Shown here: positions 38,836 to 50,130 of the stretch, in pieces
How the letters are laid out: each line of letters starts with the position of its first letter
How positions within the stretch are numbered: the first letter of the stretch is position 1
Assembly (NCBI GenBank): GCA_965197475.1
Contig: CBDANF010000002.1
Coordinates: forward strand, 672,001 to 736,000
Source of the DNA: Candidatus Poribacteria bacterium
GTDB lineage: Bacteria > Poribacteria > WGA-4E > WGA-3G
Length of the DNA stretch: 64,000 nt
Direction of reading: 5' to 3'
Position numbers and translations under genes: made by a program
The notes under the pieces: model-generated
Database searches by the model: none
Seen by the model: only the letters and a program-made list of their open reading frames with translations
What the model was told of the DNA's origin: nothing

Positions 38836-40464
38836 TTATTGGCTCAATCGTATCAGACTTTCTGTAATATTCGGTGCAGCGGTGCCGAGTCCACAAGCAC
38901 TTGTCGCTTTCATCACTGTCCCGATTTCCGCAATCAGTTCTTTTGATTTCGGGTGCAGCGGTTCAGACAACAATTCCGTGAGTCGATGTGTTCCGATACG
39001 ACACGGGAAACATTTTCCACAAGATTCTTCAGCGAAAAATTCCATTGCGTTGCGCGCCACGTCAAGCATATCTCGTGTGTTATCAAACACCATGATACCA
39101 GCTGCACCGAGCATCGCGCCCACTTTTTGGAAACTTGGCTCATCAATAGTGATATCTAATTCGCTTTCACCGATAAATCCACCTGATAACCCTGCCGATG
39201 TAATCGCTTGAATTGAACGTCCTTCTTCCGGTCCGTCTGCCCATTCATAAAGTAGTGTCTTTAGTGGAAGTCCGAACGGCACCTCATAATTCCCAGGCTT
39301 TTGTATATCTCCAGAGAGGCTAATGATTTTTGTGCCTGCCAGATTTTTATCATAACTCAAATTTTTATACCATTCGGCACCGTGTCGAAGAATCTGCGAA
39401 GCGGCGGCGAGTGTCTCCACGTTATTTACCACAGTAGGTAAGTTTTCAAAGCCGTGTGTCACAGGGTAGGGCGGTCGGTTTCTTGGAAAGGGATGTTTTC
39501 CTTCCAAACTGTTCAACAACGAACCTTCTTCGCCACAGACATAAGCACCAGCACCGCGCCGAATATAGATATGAAAATTAAATTGTTCTCCGAGGATAGC
39601 ATCACCAATCAATCCTTCTGCTTCTGCTTCAGCGAGTGCGTGTTCAAGTGTTTTTAAGGTTTCTGGATATTCATATCGGAGATAGATAAAGCCTCGCGTC
39701 GCGCCAGTTGCATAAGAGGCGAGTGTCATCCCTTCAATTACCGCATGCGGCGCGTAATCAAGAATAACCCGATCCTTGAAACAGCCCGGTTCGCCTTCAT
39801 CCGCATTGCAGACAATCGTTTTCGGTTCACCGGGAGCATTCAGAACCGATTCCCACTTCATACCTGTGGGAAATCCTGCGCCACCTCTACCAGCAAGTTG
39901 ACTCTCTTTGAGTGTATCAATAACTTCTTCGGGTGTAAGGGACGTTACCGCGTGTTTTAATGCTTCATATCCACCAGCACGTTGATAACCAGCAAGCGTC
40001 CTGCGGTTCGGTTCGCGGATCTCTGCAAAGATACATTCTTCGCCATCCCCCGGATATGGGGGCGGTAAAGGGGTAGGTTGAACAGAAAGCGTGTCCGCTT
40101 GTTTTCCTGTGAGGACTTTATGCCCTTTTAGAACAGGGATACAATCGTCGCATCTTCCAGCACACGGCATTGCGGTAGCACCTTCGTTTCTTAGTGCCTC
40201 AAAAATTTCTAATCCGCCTTGCAAACGACAAACTGGACCGGTACAGACACGCGGTACGTTCTGTCCTGGTGCTTCAAGCGCAAAGTGGTGATAAAAAGTT
40301 AAGGTGCCGAAAAGTTCTGCGAGTGGAATTCGAAGTCCGACTGCAATGTCGCGGAGAGCTGCCTCCGATATAAACCCGTCCCTATCATGGAACGCGTGTA
40401 GTATACCGAGTAATGGCGCAGGTGCATCACGCCATTTTGCAATCAGTTGTACGTTTGTTGGCAT
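38836..40464 (-). CDS. NuoE-NuoF-like fused NAD(H)-binding flavo/Fe-S subunit
   Basis: N-terminal NuoE-like region (TFYHHF, CTGPVC, CAGRC), then GRGGAGFPTG, CNADEGEPG.FKDR, GAGAYVCGEE and ESCGKCFPCRIG...SACGLG. Confidence 0.9.
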   Translation of the reverse strand: MPTNVQLIAKWRDAPAPLLGILHAFHDRDGFISEAALRDIAVGLRIPLAELFGTLTFYHHFALEAPGQNVPRVCTGPVCRLQGGLEIFEALRNEGATAMPCAGRCDDCIPVLKGHKVLTGKQADTLSVQPTPLPPPYPGDGEECIFAEIREPNRRTLAGYQRAGGYEALKHAVTSLTPEEVIDTLKESQLAGRGGAGFPTGMKWESVLNAPGEPKTIVCNADEGEPGCFKDRVILDYAPHAVIEGMTLASYATGATRGFIYLRYEYPETLKTLEHALAEAEAEGLIGDAILGEQFNFHIYIRRGAGAYVCGEEGSLLNSLEGKHPFPRNRPPYPVTHGFENLPTVVNNVETLAAASQILRHGAEWYKNLSYDKNLAGTKIISLSGDIQKPGNYEVPFGLPLKTLLYEWADGPEEGRSIQAITSAGLSGGFIGESELDITIDEPSFQKVGAMLGAAGIMVFDNTRDMLDVARNAMEFFAEESCGKCFPCRIGTHRLTELLSEPLHPKSKELIAEIGTVMKATSACGLGTAAPNITESLIRLSQ

Positions 40465-40762
40465 CTATCTCTCCACTGTTATTAACGTCTCTTATAGAAA
40501 ACCTACTGAAAACCGTGTTTGCTAATTAGGGTATCAGATTTTCAGGATATGGTCAACGTTTTTGTTTCTGATATTCCCGAAAAACAATTGACTTCCCATT
40601 ATAATATCTGATATACTTGCAGAAACGGAACCAATAAATTGCTGAACCCAAATTTGTCCTTCACACGACGCATTAATTACTCAGGAGATGACACGATGCA
40701 ATCTAAAATACACTCAGCCCAGCAATCGTCTATTCCAATTCTAAATATTAAACCTACGGAAA

Positions 40763-41674
40763 GTGTACAAGATGAATAACGTTGAATTGTTCAAAAACTG
40801 CACCCAATCCGAACTGCCACGGAGTTTTAAGGAAAGACTCAATAAAAAGCAAGTAACCGAGATTACGTTTTCGCCGAACGGTTCTCAACTTGCCGCGGGC
40901 GGTGACGAACGAATCTGGGTATATGATTTGGACAGCGGCGCACAACTCGCCATGCTTTCAGGACATACTGACCGCATCCGTGCATTAGCATTCGCACCAG
41001 ACAATCGCACCCTCGCCAGTGCAAGTGAGGACAGTACCCTCCGGCTTTGGGACACAGATTCCGCAAACGAAATAGCAATACTCGCAGGAGAATCTTCAAG
41101 TTTAGTGAGTGCGTTAGCATCATCTCCAGACGGAGTACCACTGACCGCGTGGAATGAAGAAACCGCGCGTCTGTTAAGCGGTTCAACTGCTGACCCAGCC
41201 AGAATTAGAGCGTTAACATTTTCATCGGATGGAAAAATCCTCATCAGTGGTGGTGCTGATGGCAAGATTCGCGTGTGGGAATTGGAAACTGGGCGGCAGT
41301 TGTCCTCATTTTCCGCGCATGATGGGTTAGTTTTGGCATTGGCATTCTCACCTGACGGCAAACTGCTCGCCAGTGGTGGATCAGATGCCACAGTGCGGTT
41401 ATGGGAACTGGAAAACAAACATCTTCTTTCAACCTTCACTGCGCATTCAGATTCAGTAAATGCTTTAGCGTTTTCTCTTGATGGTGAAATACTTGCGAGT
41501 GGCGGGAGAGATCCAGAAATCCGGTTGTGGAACGTGAATGCCAGGGGGCTAATGTCCACCATACCAGCACCAGAAGGCTTTATGTGGGAATTAGCATTCT
41601 GGGAAAGCAACCAAACCAATGGACAGCAGCTTGTCAGTGTAAGCAGGGATGGTCTGCTTTTTGTGAGGGAATGA
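40763..41674 (+). CDS. WD40-repeat protein (start uncertain)
   Basis: GHTDRIRALAFAPD..LASASEDSTLRLWD and similar repeats. Confidence 0.88.
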   Translation: MYKMNNVELFKNCTQSELPRSFKERLNKKQVTEITFSPNGSQLAAGGDERIWVYDLDSGAQLAMLSGHTDRIRALAFAPDNRTLASASEDSTLRLWDTDSANEIAILAGESSSLVSALASSPDGVPLTAWNEETARLLSGSTADPARIRALTFSSDGKILISGGADGKIRVWELETGRQLSSFSAHDGLVLALAFSPDGKLLASGGSDATVRLWELENKHLLSTFTAHSDSVNALAFSLDGEILASGGRDPEIRLWNVNARGLMSTIPAPEGFMWELAFWESNQTNGQQLVSVSRDGLLFVRE

Positions 41675-41753
41675 TATAAACTTAACCCCTTCCCAGATTT
41701 TTTGACGAAGATATTATCAGGAATAATCTTTTTAATGCCCATTGTGAAATTCT

Positions 41754-43445
41754 ATGAAAAACGTTTCTTTTAGTCGGTCTTCTGCTGATAAAATAGTGAG
41801 AACCGACTTAATCTTGTGCTTGTCATCGCGGACTTCCCTCCAAAAATTTTTCCTAACAATTCTTATTTTCACAATATTTTTTCTATCTGTTCCAGCAAAA
41901 GCCGATTCACAGAAAAAAGGCGGCACGTTAATTTTTGGACGCGGTGGCGACTCTATCGGGTTAGATCCGGCATTTGAAGTAGATGGAGAATCTTTCAAAG
42001 TCTGCGACAATATCTACGACACTCTCGTTCACTATAAAGATGGCACGATTGAACTTGAACCGGGTCTTGCTACAAGATGGGAGAGTTCAGAGGACGGTTT
42101 GAAATGGACGTTCTACCTTCGGCAAGGTGTCACTTTTCATGACGGAACTCCTTTCAATGCAGAAGCAGTTCTTTTTTCCTTTAACAGACAGCACGATAAG
42201 GCACACCCATTTTATAACGTTGGCGGCAGCTATACTTACTGGGTGGCAACTGGTTTAGCAGAAATTGTTGATAAAATTATCGCTGTTGACGAGTTTACCG
42301 TCCAATTTCGCCTTAAAACTGTTTATGCTCCCTTTATCTACACAATTGCTATAGCCCCTTTTTCTATTGTCAGCCCAACAGCAGTTCAAAAGTGGGGTGA
42401 TGCGTATTCCAACAATCCCGTTGGCACCGGTCCTTTCAAGTTTGTTCAGTGGGATAGGAAGGATAAAGTCGTGCTTGAAGCAAACGATGACTATTGGGGA
42501 GGCCGACCCGTGTTAGATCGCGTCATTTTCCGTTATATTCCCGACAACTCAGTTCGTCTCGTTAAACTTCAGCAAGGGAGCCTCCATGCTATGGAGTATC
42601 CAAATCCGGACGATCTGCAGCAAATTTTGGATGATGAAACTCTTGAATTGCTCTCGCAACCCGGCATGAATATTGGTTATTTAGCGATGAACATGGACAA
42701 ACCACCGTTTGATAACCTTAAAGTGAGACTCGCAGTAAACCATGCAGTAAACAAATCAGCGATCATTGATCATTTATATCAGGGGCTCGGCATTCCTGCG
42801 AAAAATCCCATTCCACCAACGCTTTGGAGTTATGACGACACAATTGAGGATTACGCCTACGATCCAGAATTAGCAAAACAACTTCTGGCTGAGGCAGGAT
42901 ATCCCAACGGATTTGAAACGACACTCTGGGCCCTACCGATTCCTGGTTCTACCATTCCTGACGGGCGGGCACTTGCAGAAGTACTCCAATCTGAACTCCG
43001 AAATATTGGGATTGAAACAAAGATAGTTACCTATGACTGGGGCACCTATCTTGAGAAGATAAAAAATGGGGAACACGATATCGCAATGTTGGGATGGAGT
43101 GCTGACCTCGGCGATCCAGATAATTTCTTCTACTTTCTTTTGAGTAAATCGTCTGCAGAGAAGCCAGCGGGAAATATAGCATTTTATCGTAGTGATGCGA
43201 TGCAAGATGTTTTAGAACAAGCAAGAGCAACCTCAAATAAAGAAAAACGAATCTCACTTTATAAAGAAGCACAGCGGATTTTTCACAAAGACGTACCGTG
43301 GTTGCCATTAGTACACGCGCAACAAGTTTTAGTTATTAACAAGAAGGTTAAAAATCTCAAACTCCATCCATTGGATTGGAAATACCTCCGCAAAGTTTGG
43401 ATCAAAAATAGCAGAGAAAACATTAATTCTTATACTAATCAATAA
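41754..43445 (+). CDS. ABC transporter peptide-binding protein (DppA/OppA family 5); true start probably downstream
   Basis: LDPA, EPGLAT.W..S.DG..WTFYLRQGVTFHDGTPFNA, PVGTGPF, VRLAVNHAVN, AKQLLAEAGYPNG. Confidence 0.92.
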   Translation: MKNVSFSRSSADKIVRTDLILCLSSRTSLQKFFLTILIFTIFFLSVPAKADSQKKGGTLIFGRGGDSIGLDPAFEVDGESFKVCDNIYDTLVHYKDGTIELEPGLATRWESSEDGLKWTFYLRQGVTFHDGTPFNAEAVLFSFNRQHDKAHPFYNVGGSYTYWVATGLAEIVDKIIAVDEFTVQFRLKTVYAPFIYTIAIAPFSIVSPTAVQKWGDAYSNNPVGTGPFKFVQWDRKDKVVLEANDDYWGGRPVLDRVIFRYIPDNSVRLVKLQQGSLHAMEYPNPDDLQQILDDETLELLSQPGMNIGYLAMNMDKPPFDNLKVRLAVNHAVNKSAIIDHLYQGLGIPAKNPIPPTLWSYDDTIEDYAYDPELAKQLLAEAGYPNGFETTLWALPIPGSTIPDGRALAEVLQSELRNIGIETKIVTYDWGTYLEKIKNGEHDIAMLGWSADLGDPDNFFYFLLSKSSAEKPAGNIAFYRSDAMQDVLEQARATSNKEKRISLYKEAQRIFHKDVPWLPLVHAQQVLVINKKVKNLKLHPLDWKYLRKVWIKNSRENINSYTNQ

Positions 43446-43662
43446 ACCTAAGACTATTATTCCTGCTTTTGATGATACAGTCATCGCGCGATTCAATCTC
43501 AATGCTAAAATAGAGACACTTAATTTCCTCAGCTACCGTCCTCTATATCGTGCTAAACTACTCTGCAATCCACCGAAACAGACAATTCGTGTGTTCCACT
43601 CCCAAAAACAACCCCCTTGAGCGGGGTTACGTCTGAGTAATCTCTCCCCCAAGCAACCGTAA

Positions 43663-44814
43663 TACCATTTCTGAATAATTATATTCCATTTGCGACTTTC
43701 GTGAAATATTTAAAATTTGTAATTTGAGCAATAGCTGCCTTCGTATACTTTCTCAAGATTTGTGTGATTTTGTCCTGCATTTCCTCTATTGACCCCAATG
43801 TGTGCTGAAACAATTTGGCTTTGATGTCTTGCCAGAGTCTTTCGATCGGGTTCAACTCTGGACTATAAGGGGGTAGAAAAATCAAGGCGATATTGTCAGG
43901 AAGTTGTAGCGATTTCGCCTGATGAAAACGACCATTATCAAGCACAAGGACATTTAGCGTCTTTGGAAAAGTCTTTGCTAACTCATCAATGCATACTTGG
44001 AAACAGACACCATTGAGCCAGGGCATTTCAAGGAAGAAACTTTCTCCTGTTATCGGTTCCACAGCACCGTATAGATAAAGGCTCTGGTAAGTGTGATCAA
44101 CATTGGCAATCGGTTTAACACCGCGTAAAGTGGGACGCCGAGACGACACAGGCAAAAGACCACACCTTGACTCGTCTTGGCAAAAAAGTCGGACGCTTTG
44201 AAAAGAAGATGCCTTCTCCGAAATCACCTCCTCAACTTTGGTAGCGAAGTTAGCAACGAACGCATCACACGCTACATCGTTTTTTTATGACTTTTGCGAG
44301 GCACTTTGAGTTTCGCATTCCATTTATACCGAACTAACGCATGAACTGTTTTATAGTGCATTTTGACACCGAAGGTTTCTTCAATATAATCTGTTATCTG
44401 TTGATAACTGGAAAAACCTTCTGGTTTTTGAAGTTCCGCTCGCAGCAGCTCTTGTTGTTCTTTGGATAACCGAGGGGGACGCCCGGGAAATAATCACGAT
44501 CCAAAAGCGCATCAAGTCCTTCAGTCTCATAAGTCGCTATCCAGTGTCCAATCGTTTTTCGGCTGACACCTAACCTCTCAGCGACTTGCTTGCGAGTTAT
44601 TGCTTGACCACTACGAAATAGGTAAAGGGCTGTCAATCTTTGCTTTTGATAACCTACTGATGTCTCTCTCAACAGGCTTTTCAACTCTGAAACACTTTCT
44701 GTAATCTCTGGAGGCTTTATGTGCATTGGTATCAATCCTATGATTTGTATAATTGGAAAAAGTATAGCAGAAATTGAAAACTTTTAAAAGGATAAATATA
44801 TACAAGAAATGGTA
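43663..44814 (-). mobile_element. IS630-family insertion sequence
   Basis: TIRs TACCATTTCT at 43663 and AGAAATGGTA ending at 44814, flanked by duplicated TAA. Removing it restores the transglutaminase C-terminus (RHITVAWGRD). Confidence 0.9.
43679..44735 (-). pseudogene. IS630 transposase (HTH ORF + DDE ORF), with an extra frameshift
   Basis: HTH ORF 44394-44735 shifts near 44490 into PGRPPRLSKEQQ...KVPRKSHKK. A7 slippery run near 44280. DDE ORF with QDESR, LDNGRFH, LPPYSPELNPIE. Confidence 0.85.
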
Positions 44815-45612
44815 TAATATGCCGGTCAGATGGAATTTGGTTATTGGTCGGATCAAAATCGATCCAACCGATGTCTGGCAGATAAACTGAAACCCACGCA
44901 TGAGAAGCACCTGTACCGACTAACTGTTCTTGGTCAGACTGTGCTACCGTTTCAATGTACCCGCTGACGTAACGCGCCGCTAATCCCATTGCGCGTAGAC
45001 AGCCAATTCCGAGATGTGCGAAGTCCTGACACACCCCGGCGATGTTTTATCACATCTGCCAAAGGTGTAGCAACCGTAGTAAAATCTGGGTCGTAGACAA
45101 AATCGTTGTAAAGACGCATGATTAAATCTTCTACCGCTTCAAGCAGAGAACGTCCTTGAGTGAACGAACGGTCTGCATAAGAACGAAGTTCGGGCATTTC
45201 ATGGACCATTGGAGAGTTAAGAATATACTGCCGCATCTCCAAAATATCAGCGTCCCGATCAGTATGTAGCTGTTCCCTAACAACTTCCCATGCGATGCTT
45301 TCAGCAAAATCCTGATGCGTTTCCCTATCATTGACTTCCACATGGCTTGTAACCGTAACGTTTAGATCTTGGTGTGGGCGTTGAATGGTGAAATAGCAAA
45401 CAGTATTTCCGAAGAAATCCTTTCGTTCACGGTAGCCTGTCGGTTCGGGATCAACAGTAAATTCACTTTGCGTGCAGGCTTGTCGTTCAAAACTTCGTGG
45501 AGTCAGTCGTGCTTCGTTATGACAGAGGTTGACAAGGCTGTTATAACTGTACTGAGTGTTGTGGGTAATCTTATAGTTCATTGTTGTCGCAAAAATCTAT
45601 GAAGGGTCTGTT

Positions 45613-48266
45613 TTAACCAACTGTTGAGGTCCCTGATACATGACTAAAATAGGTTTGCGTGAGAACATCGGATATTTCTATCAATATCTGTGCAAGCCGA
45701 ACCAAGAATTTTTCTAATCCTTGGCGTTGTGTCGTTTGTTCAAACCTTTGTGCAAGCTGAAGTGTGTTGGATAGTTGCAACTGCGTCAAAGTTTCCAAGA
45801 TTAATTGTTCCTCCTCGCTAAGTCGGTAACCAACCTTTTCCCGTGGCAGATCGCGAATCTGCTCCTGGAGTCGTTTTAATTGATAGACCAACGAGCGCGG
45901 GTTGCTTTCGTCCAGAAGCAGCATCTCAAGTGCAGTTGGAAGGTGTAATGCTGATCGATAACGACTCCGATAGGTAATCAAGCTTTCTGCAGCCGCAAGT
46001 ATAGATTCAAGTAGCAGATGTTCAATCCATTCTCCTTGCACTGCGACCAGACTTGACCGACACAGCACAATGAGGAGCAGTGCCCGTTCAATGCGACGTC
46101 CCATATCAAGGCTAACCCAGCGAATCGTTTGTGTCATACTTTCCGCGTTGAGCCCACTCAGTGCTGCAAGAAAAATCATCAGCTGGTCAAGTTCCGTTTG
46201 AATATGTTGTAACGTGCGTTCATCAGATTCATTTGGGGTGAATTGTGATTGTAAATCCTCATCCTTGGAGATATTATTTTCAAGCGCGTTACACAAGTTT
46301 TCAATGCTGTTCATTACACGCCATGTATCTGTAGACCAACGATCACGGACAGCATAAGCAGCACTCACCAATGATTGAAGTGTTGACACGAGACTGCCGC
46401 TATTTTTTGTGTCAAGCATGATGGAAAGCAGTTCGCTTTCTAACCCTTGTCCGCCTTTACTAACAAATCCCGGATGAGATGACGTTAAACCGGTCAATGA
46501 TGGAGCATACTATAGAGATAAGCGAATTCCGATACGTTTCTTGATTCTTCCCCGTGTGTTTCTGTGAAAACCACTGACGGAAGAGGTTGTCCTAAAGGCA
46601 AAGCTTCCAACCCCATCTTAATTTTGTCCAATGTTATCCGAAGGAGGCGAGCGTGTCCCTCTGCGCGTTCCGCATAGCGACCCACCCAGAACAGATTTTC
46701 AGCGGACCGACTTGATAACCCCTGCGAATCTTCAGAAATAATGGATCCACTTTTCGGATGCTGCCACAAACTGATATGCGGCTCCGGTTCAGGTGCTAAA
46801 ATCCATGTATCTTTACTAACACCACCGTCTTGGATTGAGACTGTCAGTTCACCGACCTCACCTTCACAGCGCGTGAGTCCACCCGGCATCACGGCGTATC
46901 CACTCTTTTCCGCAAATAAGAAGCCTCGAAGAATCGCACGGCGCGGTTCAAGTTTCCCATCAATCAGCGAAGGCGTTGTGGAAAAGTGAATAACCTCTTG
47001 CCCAACATAGAGATATGGTTTGGCATTAATCTGAGCGCGGAGTGTATCAAGTTCTGTGGTACTTAGTTCCGATCCAAATAAGGGTTTCCCGCCAAGTGGA
47101 CGATGAATCGGTTTGACAACCAACTTTTTGAGGTTTTCCAGCACATAGTCTCGGTGTTTCGTGTGTCCGCACCACCACGTCGCGACAGAGGGGAGGCGTA
47201 AATCTTCACCGATTAACCGTTTGGCAATTTTCGGTAAAAACGGCATTAAGGCAGGATTTTCCAAAACGCTACTTCCAGGCGGATTTACGACAACTACATT
47301 GCCCTGACGGATTGCCTCTAACAGTCCTGCCACGCCGAAACGAGAGTCCTGCCGTAGTTCCAATGGATCACAGAAAATGTCGTCTACACGCCGCAAAATG
47401 ATGTCTACGGGTTGTAGTCCATCAAGCGATTTTAGCCACACACGTCCATCTAACACTGTCAGGTCATCGCCTTGAACAAGCGTGTAACCGAGATAACTCG
47501 CCAAATAAGCGTGTTCAAAGTAGGTTTCATTGTAAGGACCGGGTGTCAACACAACGACATGCGGGTTGTCTTTCAGGCGCGGTGCAAACTCTGCTATGCT
47601 GTTTTGCATTGCCCGAAAGAAGAAAGAGAGACGATGAACACCAACTTCACCAAAGAGGTGCGGCAATGTACGCGCCAAAACAGTGCGGTTTTCAAGTGCG
47701 TATCCAGCTCCTGACGGTGCCTGAGTCTGATCGCTCAGCACCTTTATGTTTCCGCTGGAATCTTTAGCTAAATCCGCCGCGTACATTAGCAGCAGATTTT
47801 CATCCGGCGGCACTAACGCGTTACAGGGACGCAAAAACCCAGCGTGTGCATAGACAACTTCCGGGGGAATCAATCCGTCTTTGATTAGCCTTTTCTCGCC
47901 ATACAGGTCCTTCAAAACCAGATTTAAGAGTTCAGCGCGTTGCGTAAGCCCTGCCGAGATGGATTCCCAGTCCGAGTTTGAAATAATCAACGGAATAGGG
48001 TCTAATTCCCAAGGACGTTGTCCATGCTTTTCACCATGAACAACGTAGGTGACACCGTTTTCACGAAGCAGGCGTACTGCCTCCTTATGCCGAGCAGCCA
48101 TATCTTCAAGACCGAGCGTATTCAGTGCTTGAATAAAAGGCTGCCAGTGCGGGTTTATCTGTCCAGAACTGTCAAGCATTTCATCAATCCGTTCAGTGTC
48201 TGCAAATGTTGTAGTGGTATAGTTATCGTCAACGATATCTGAGTTTGTTTTGTCTGTGCGTTGCAT
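45613..48266 (-). pseudogene. circularly permuted type-2 ATP-grasp + alpha-E domain fusion, split by a frameshift
   Basis: ORF 46494-48266 has RPWELDPIP, QAPSGAGYALENR, YFEHAYLA, RRVDD, MPGGLTR, SKDTW and LFWVGRYAERAE. It continues after a shift near 46497 into 45613-46497 (alpha-E: RDRWS.DTWR, GRRIER, DESNPRS). Confidence 0.8.
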
Positions 48267-48480
48267 TCTTCAAGCGATGCCTTCTTATGAAGTAAAATTT
48301 TGATAGTTGACAATTCTCACTCAGTTGTGATGTGGGTGATTTTCATATAAAAGCTGAGTTTCAAATTTCGCTATCCTTTTTAATTTCTGGTTATAACCGA
48401 ATCTTTTAAAATCTTTAGCCAATCTGATTTGTTTAATTCTCCAGGTCTATCCACCTCGTCGTTATAGAAATACACCATTT

Positions 48481-49466
48481 CGCTCATGTCAAGAGTAAGT
48501 GCTTTTGACAAGTTTTGCTATAAAATCAACACTGACAGCTTTTAGATTCATGACGAACTCACAGATTGCGACGTAACCGGCGAGGAACTTTTTATGAACG
48601 CCACGAAAGGGACGAAGGAAGTTTCGCAGCGTCGTCCAGGCACCTTCAATCGTCCTTGTATGGATCTCGTAAAGACCATCACCGTCTGCGTCTCTTGCCC
48701 ACTCGCCATCCTTATGGAGAACAATCTCACGGGCGCGCTGAATACGGTTATAGCCACGCCAACCATCCGTATACACCGTTGAAGTCGGCAACGTCCACTG
48801 ATGAACGTGTGTTGAAAGCGTCGCAGAATCGGTGTGCCGCACAACACGTAATCTCAGGAGACCGCTTTCGCGACCTTTCGTCCCAACAATAGGCGGACGA
48901 TCATTGTCATAAGTCCCATGTCCCCTGCGTTTATTGCCACGCCGACGCGGCGGATCCGAAGCATCAACGTGCTTATCGCCTTTTTCACCGGCGTTTTGAA
49001 ACATCTCATCTGTTTCGACTTCAGCATCAGGTAAAGCAGCTTCGGGTTGTATCTGCTCTGCCGAAGTTTGGAGTTTACGTCTTATAGAAAGAACGGTTTG
49101 ACGACTTAGACCCAGTTCACACCCGAGTTGTGCACTTGAAACACCTTGACAGACACCGCGCAAAAGCAGAACGACCTGTGAGGGACGAAACTGCGTGCCA
49201 GCAAAGACCGTCCCGGTATAGAGGTTGTAGATGCTCTCACAGTGTTTGCAGCGATACACTTGTAGACCACTTGTTTCAGTCGGACGGAACTTGCGTGCCT
49301 CCGCCACGCTCGCTTGGCATTTTGGGCAACACAGCCCTTGAGGGTGGAAATGATCCAACACCCACGCTTGAGTTTTTTCTTCATCCAGGAGAGATTGTAT
49401 TGGAAAGTCCATAGGTAACACGCTAACATAACTTTGAAAAAATAGCACTTACTTTTTACATGAGCC
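48481..49466 (-). mobile_element. IS1595-family insertion sequence, complete
   Basis: TIRs GCTCATGT(C/A)AA(G/A)AGTAAGTGCT at 48482-48503 and 49444-49465. 8-bp target duplication CACCATTT at 48473-48480 and 49467-49474. Confidence 0.92.
48489..49412 (-). CDS. IS1595-family (ISXO2-like) transposase
   Basis: CPKC...YRCKHC zinc ribbon, HTH, EVETDE, VYTDGW and HTRTIEGAW. Start taken at MDFPIQ. Confidence 0.88.
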   Translation of the reverse strand: MDFPIQSLLDEEKTQAWVLDHFHPQGLCCPKCQASVAEARKFRPTETSGLQVYRCKHCESIYNLYTGTVFAGTQFRPSQVVLLLRGVCQGVSSAQLGCELGLSRQTVLSIRRKLQTSAEQIQPEAALPDAEVETDEMFQNAGEKGDKHVDASDPPRRRGNKRRGHGTYDNDRPPIVGTKGRESGLLRLRVVRHTDSATLSTHVHQWTLPTSTVYTDGWRGYNRIQRAREIVLHKDGEWARDADGDGLYEIHTRTIEGAWTTLRNFLRPFRGVHKKFLAGYVAICEFVMNLKAVSVDFIAKLVKSTYS

Positions 49467-49851
49467 CACCATTTTATTTTGGACGTGCCTTAAGAAAGGG
49501 ATTTTTTGGATAGTATCCTTTAGCTGCCGGTCACACGTGTGAAAGGTGACATTAGAACAGTTTGCATAATATAGATATTCGAAATCCCTCATGATTTCTC
49601 GTTTATAACTTCCTTTTGATTTTGTAATATGTAGTATCATTGTCAACTGCAATGCAAGGATATAGTAAGCATAAGAAGCAAAGTACTTTAAATTCTTGAG
49701 GGTAGTTTCTTCCCATCTTTTGAAAATTTGAGTTTTTTCTTCTGCTTTGACATGAAAGCATTCGCACGCAAAATCCAACCATTCCTTATTCCGGATATAG
49801 GTACGTTGATCTTCTTTTAGGTGTCTATCTTCTTCTCTTATCGGCTTATTA

Positions 49852-49974
49852 TACCAATTCTGATAAATAAAATGCCATTACGGAGATTTTATGAGATTTC
49901 GAATGTAAGAGGCGCGTGAATTGCGCGACTACAAAAGCGTTTTGTTAATGAAAAGCCATCATTCAGAAATGGTA
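49852..49974. mobile_element. 123-bp MITE with IS630-like ends
   Basis: TACCAATTCTGA...TCAGAAATGGTA flanked by TTA on both sides. The ends match the IS630 TIR TACCATTTCTGA at 43663. Confidence 0.8.
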
Positions 49975-50075
49975 TTACATTCAATGTTGATTTTAGATCG
50001 TTTCTATAGGGAGAGGGTAGCGACCGGGAGATCGCTCAGTCAGGGACGAGATAGAATTTTAAAAACGTTAAAATT

Positions 50076-50105
50076 AACGCCAAATGCAATGAATGCATTT
50101 GGCGT
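50076..50105. terminator. stem-loop downstream of the Gfo/Idh/MocA gene
   Basis: ACGCCAAATGCA-atgaa-TGCATTTGGCGT. Confidence 0.45.
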
Positions 50106-50130
50106 ATGAAATTTCGTATTAAAATCTGTT

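Larger units (their letters stand above)
43553..45581 (-). pseudogene. transglutaminase-family protein, frameshifted and interrupted by IS630
   Basis: N-terminal part 44952-45581, a 2-nt shift at RG|VCQDFAH near 45030, then YVSGY, ASHAW, FDPTN...RHI. The IS630 follows, then TVAWGRDYSDVTPLKGV...* ending at 43553. Confidence 0.88.
48380..49848 (-). pseudogene. AT-rich hypothetical (possibly PIN-like) gene remnant interrupted by IS1595 and truncated at a MITE
   Basis: The frame runs from the MITE edge (KPIREEDRH...) through ORF 49449-49778 to QNKMV. It resumes across the IS as YFYNDEVDRPGELNKSDWLKILKDSVITRN*. Confidence 0.65.

Noticed and set aside
40885-41742. 285-aa minus-strand ORF
   Set aside because: It is an antisense shadow of the WD40 gene. 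The same applies to the many short ORFs overlapping confident genes.
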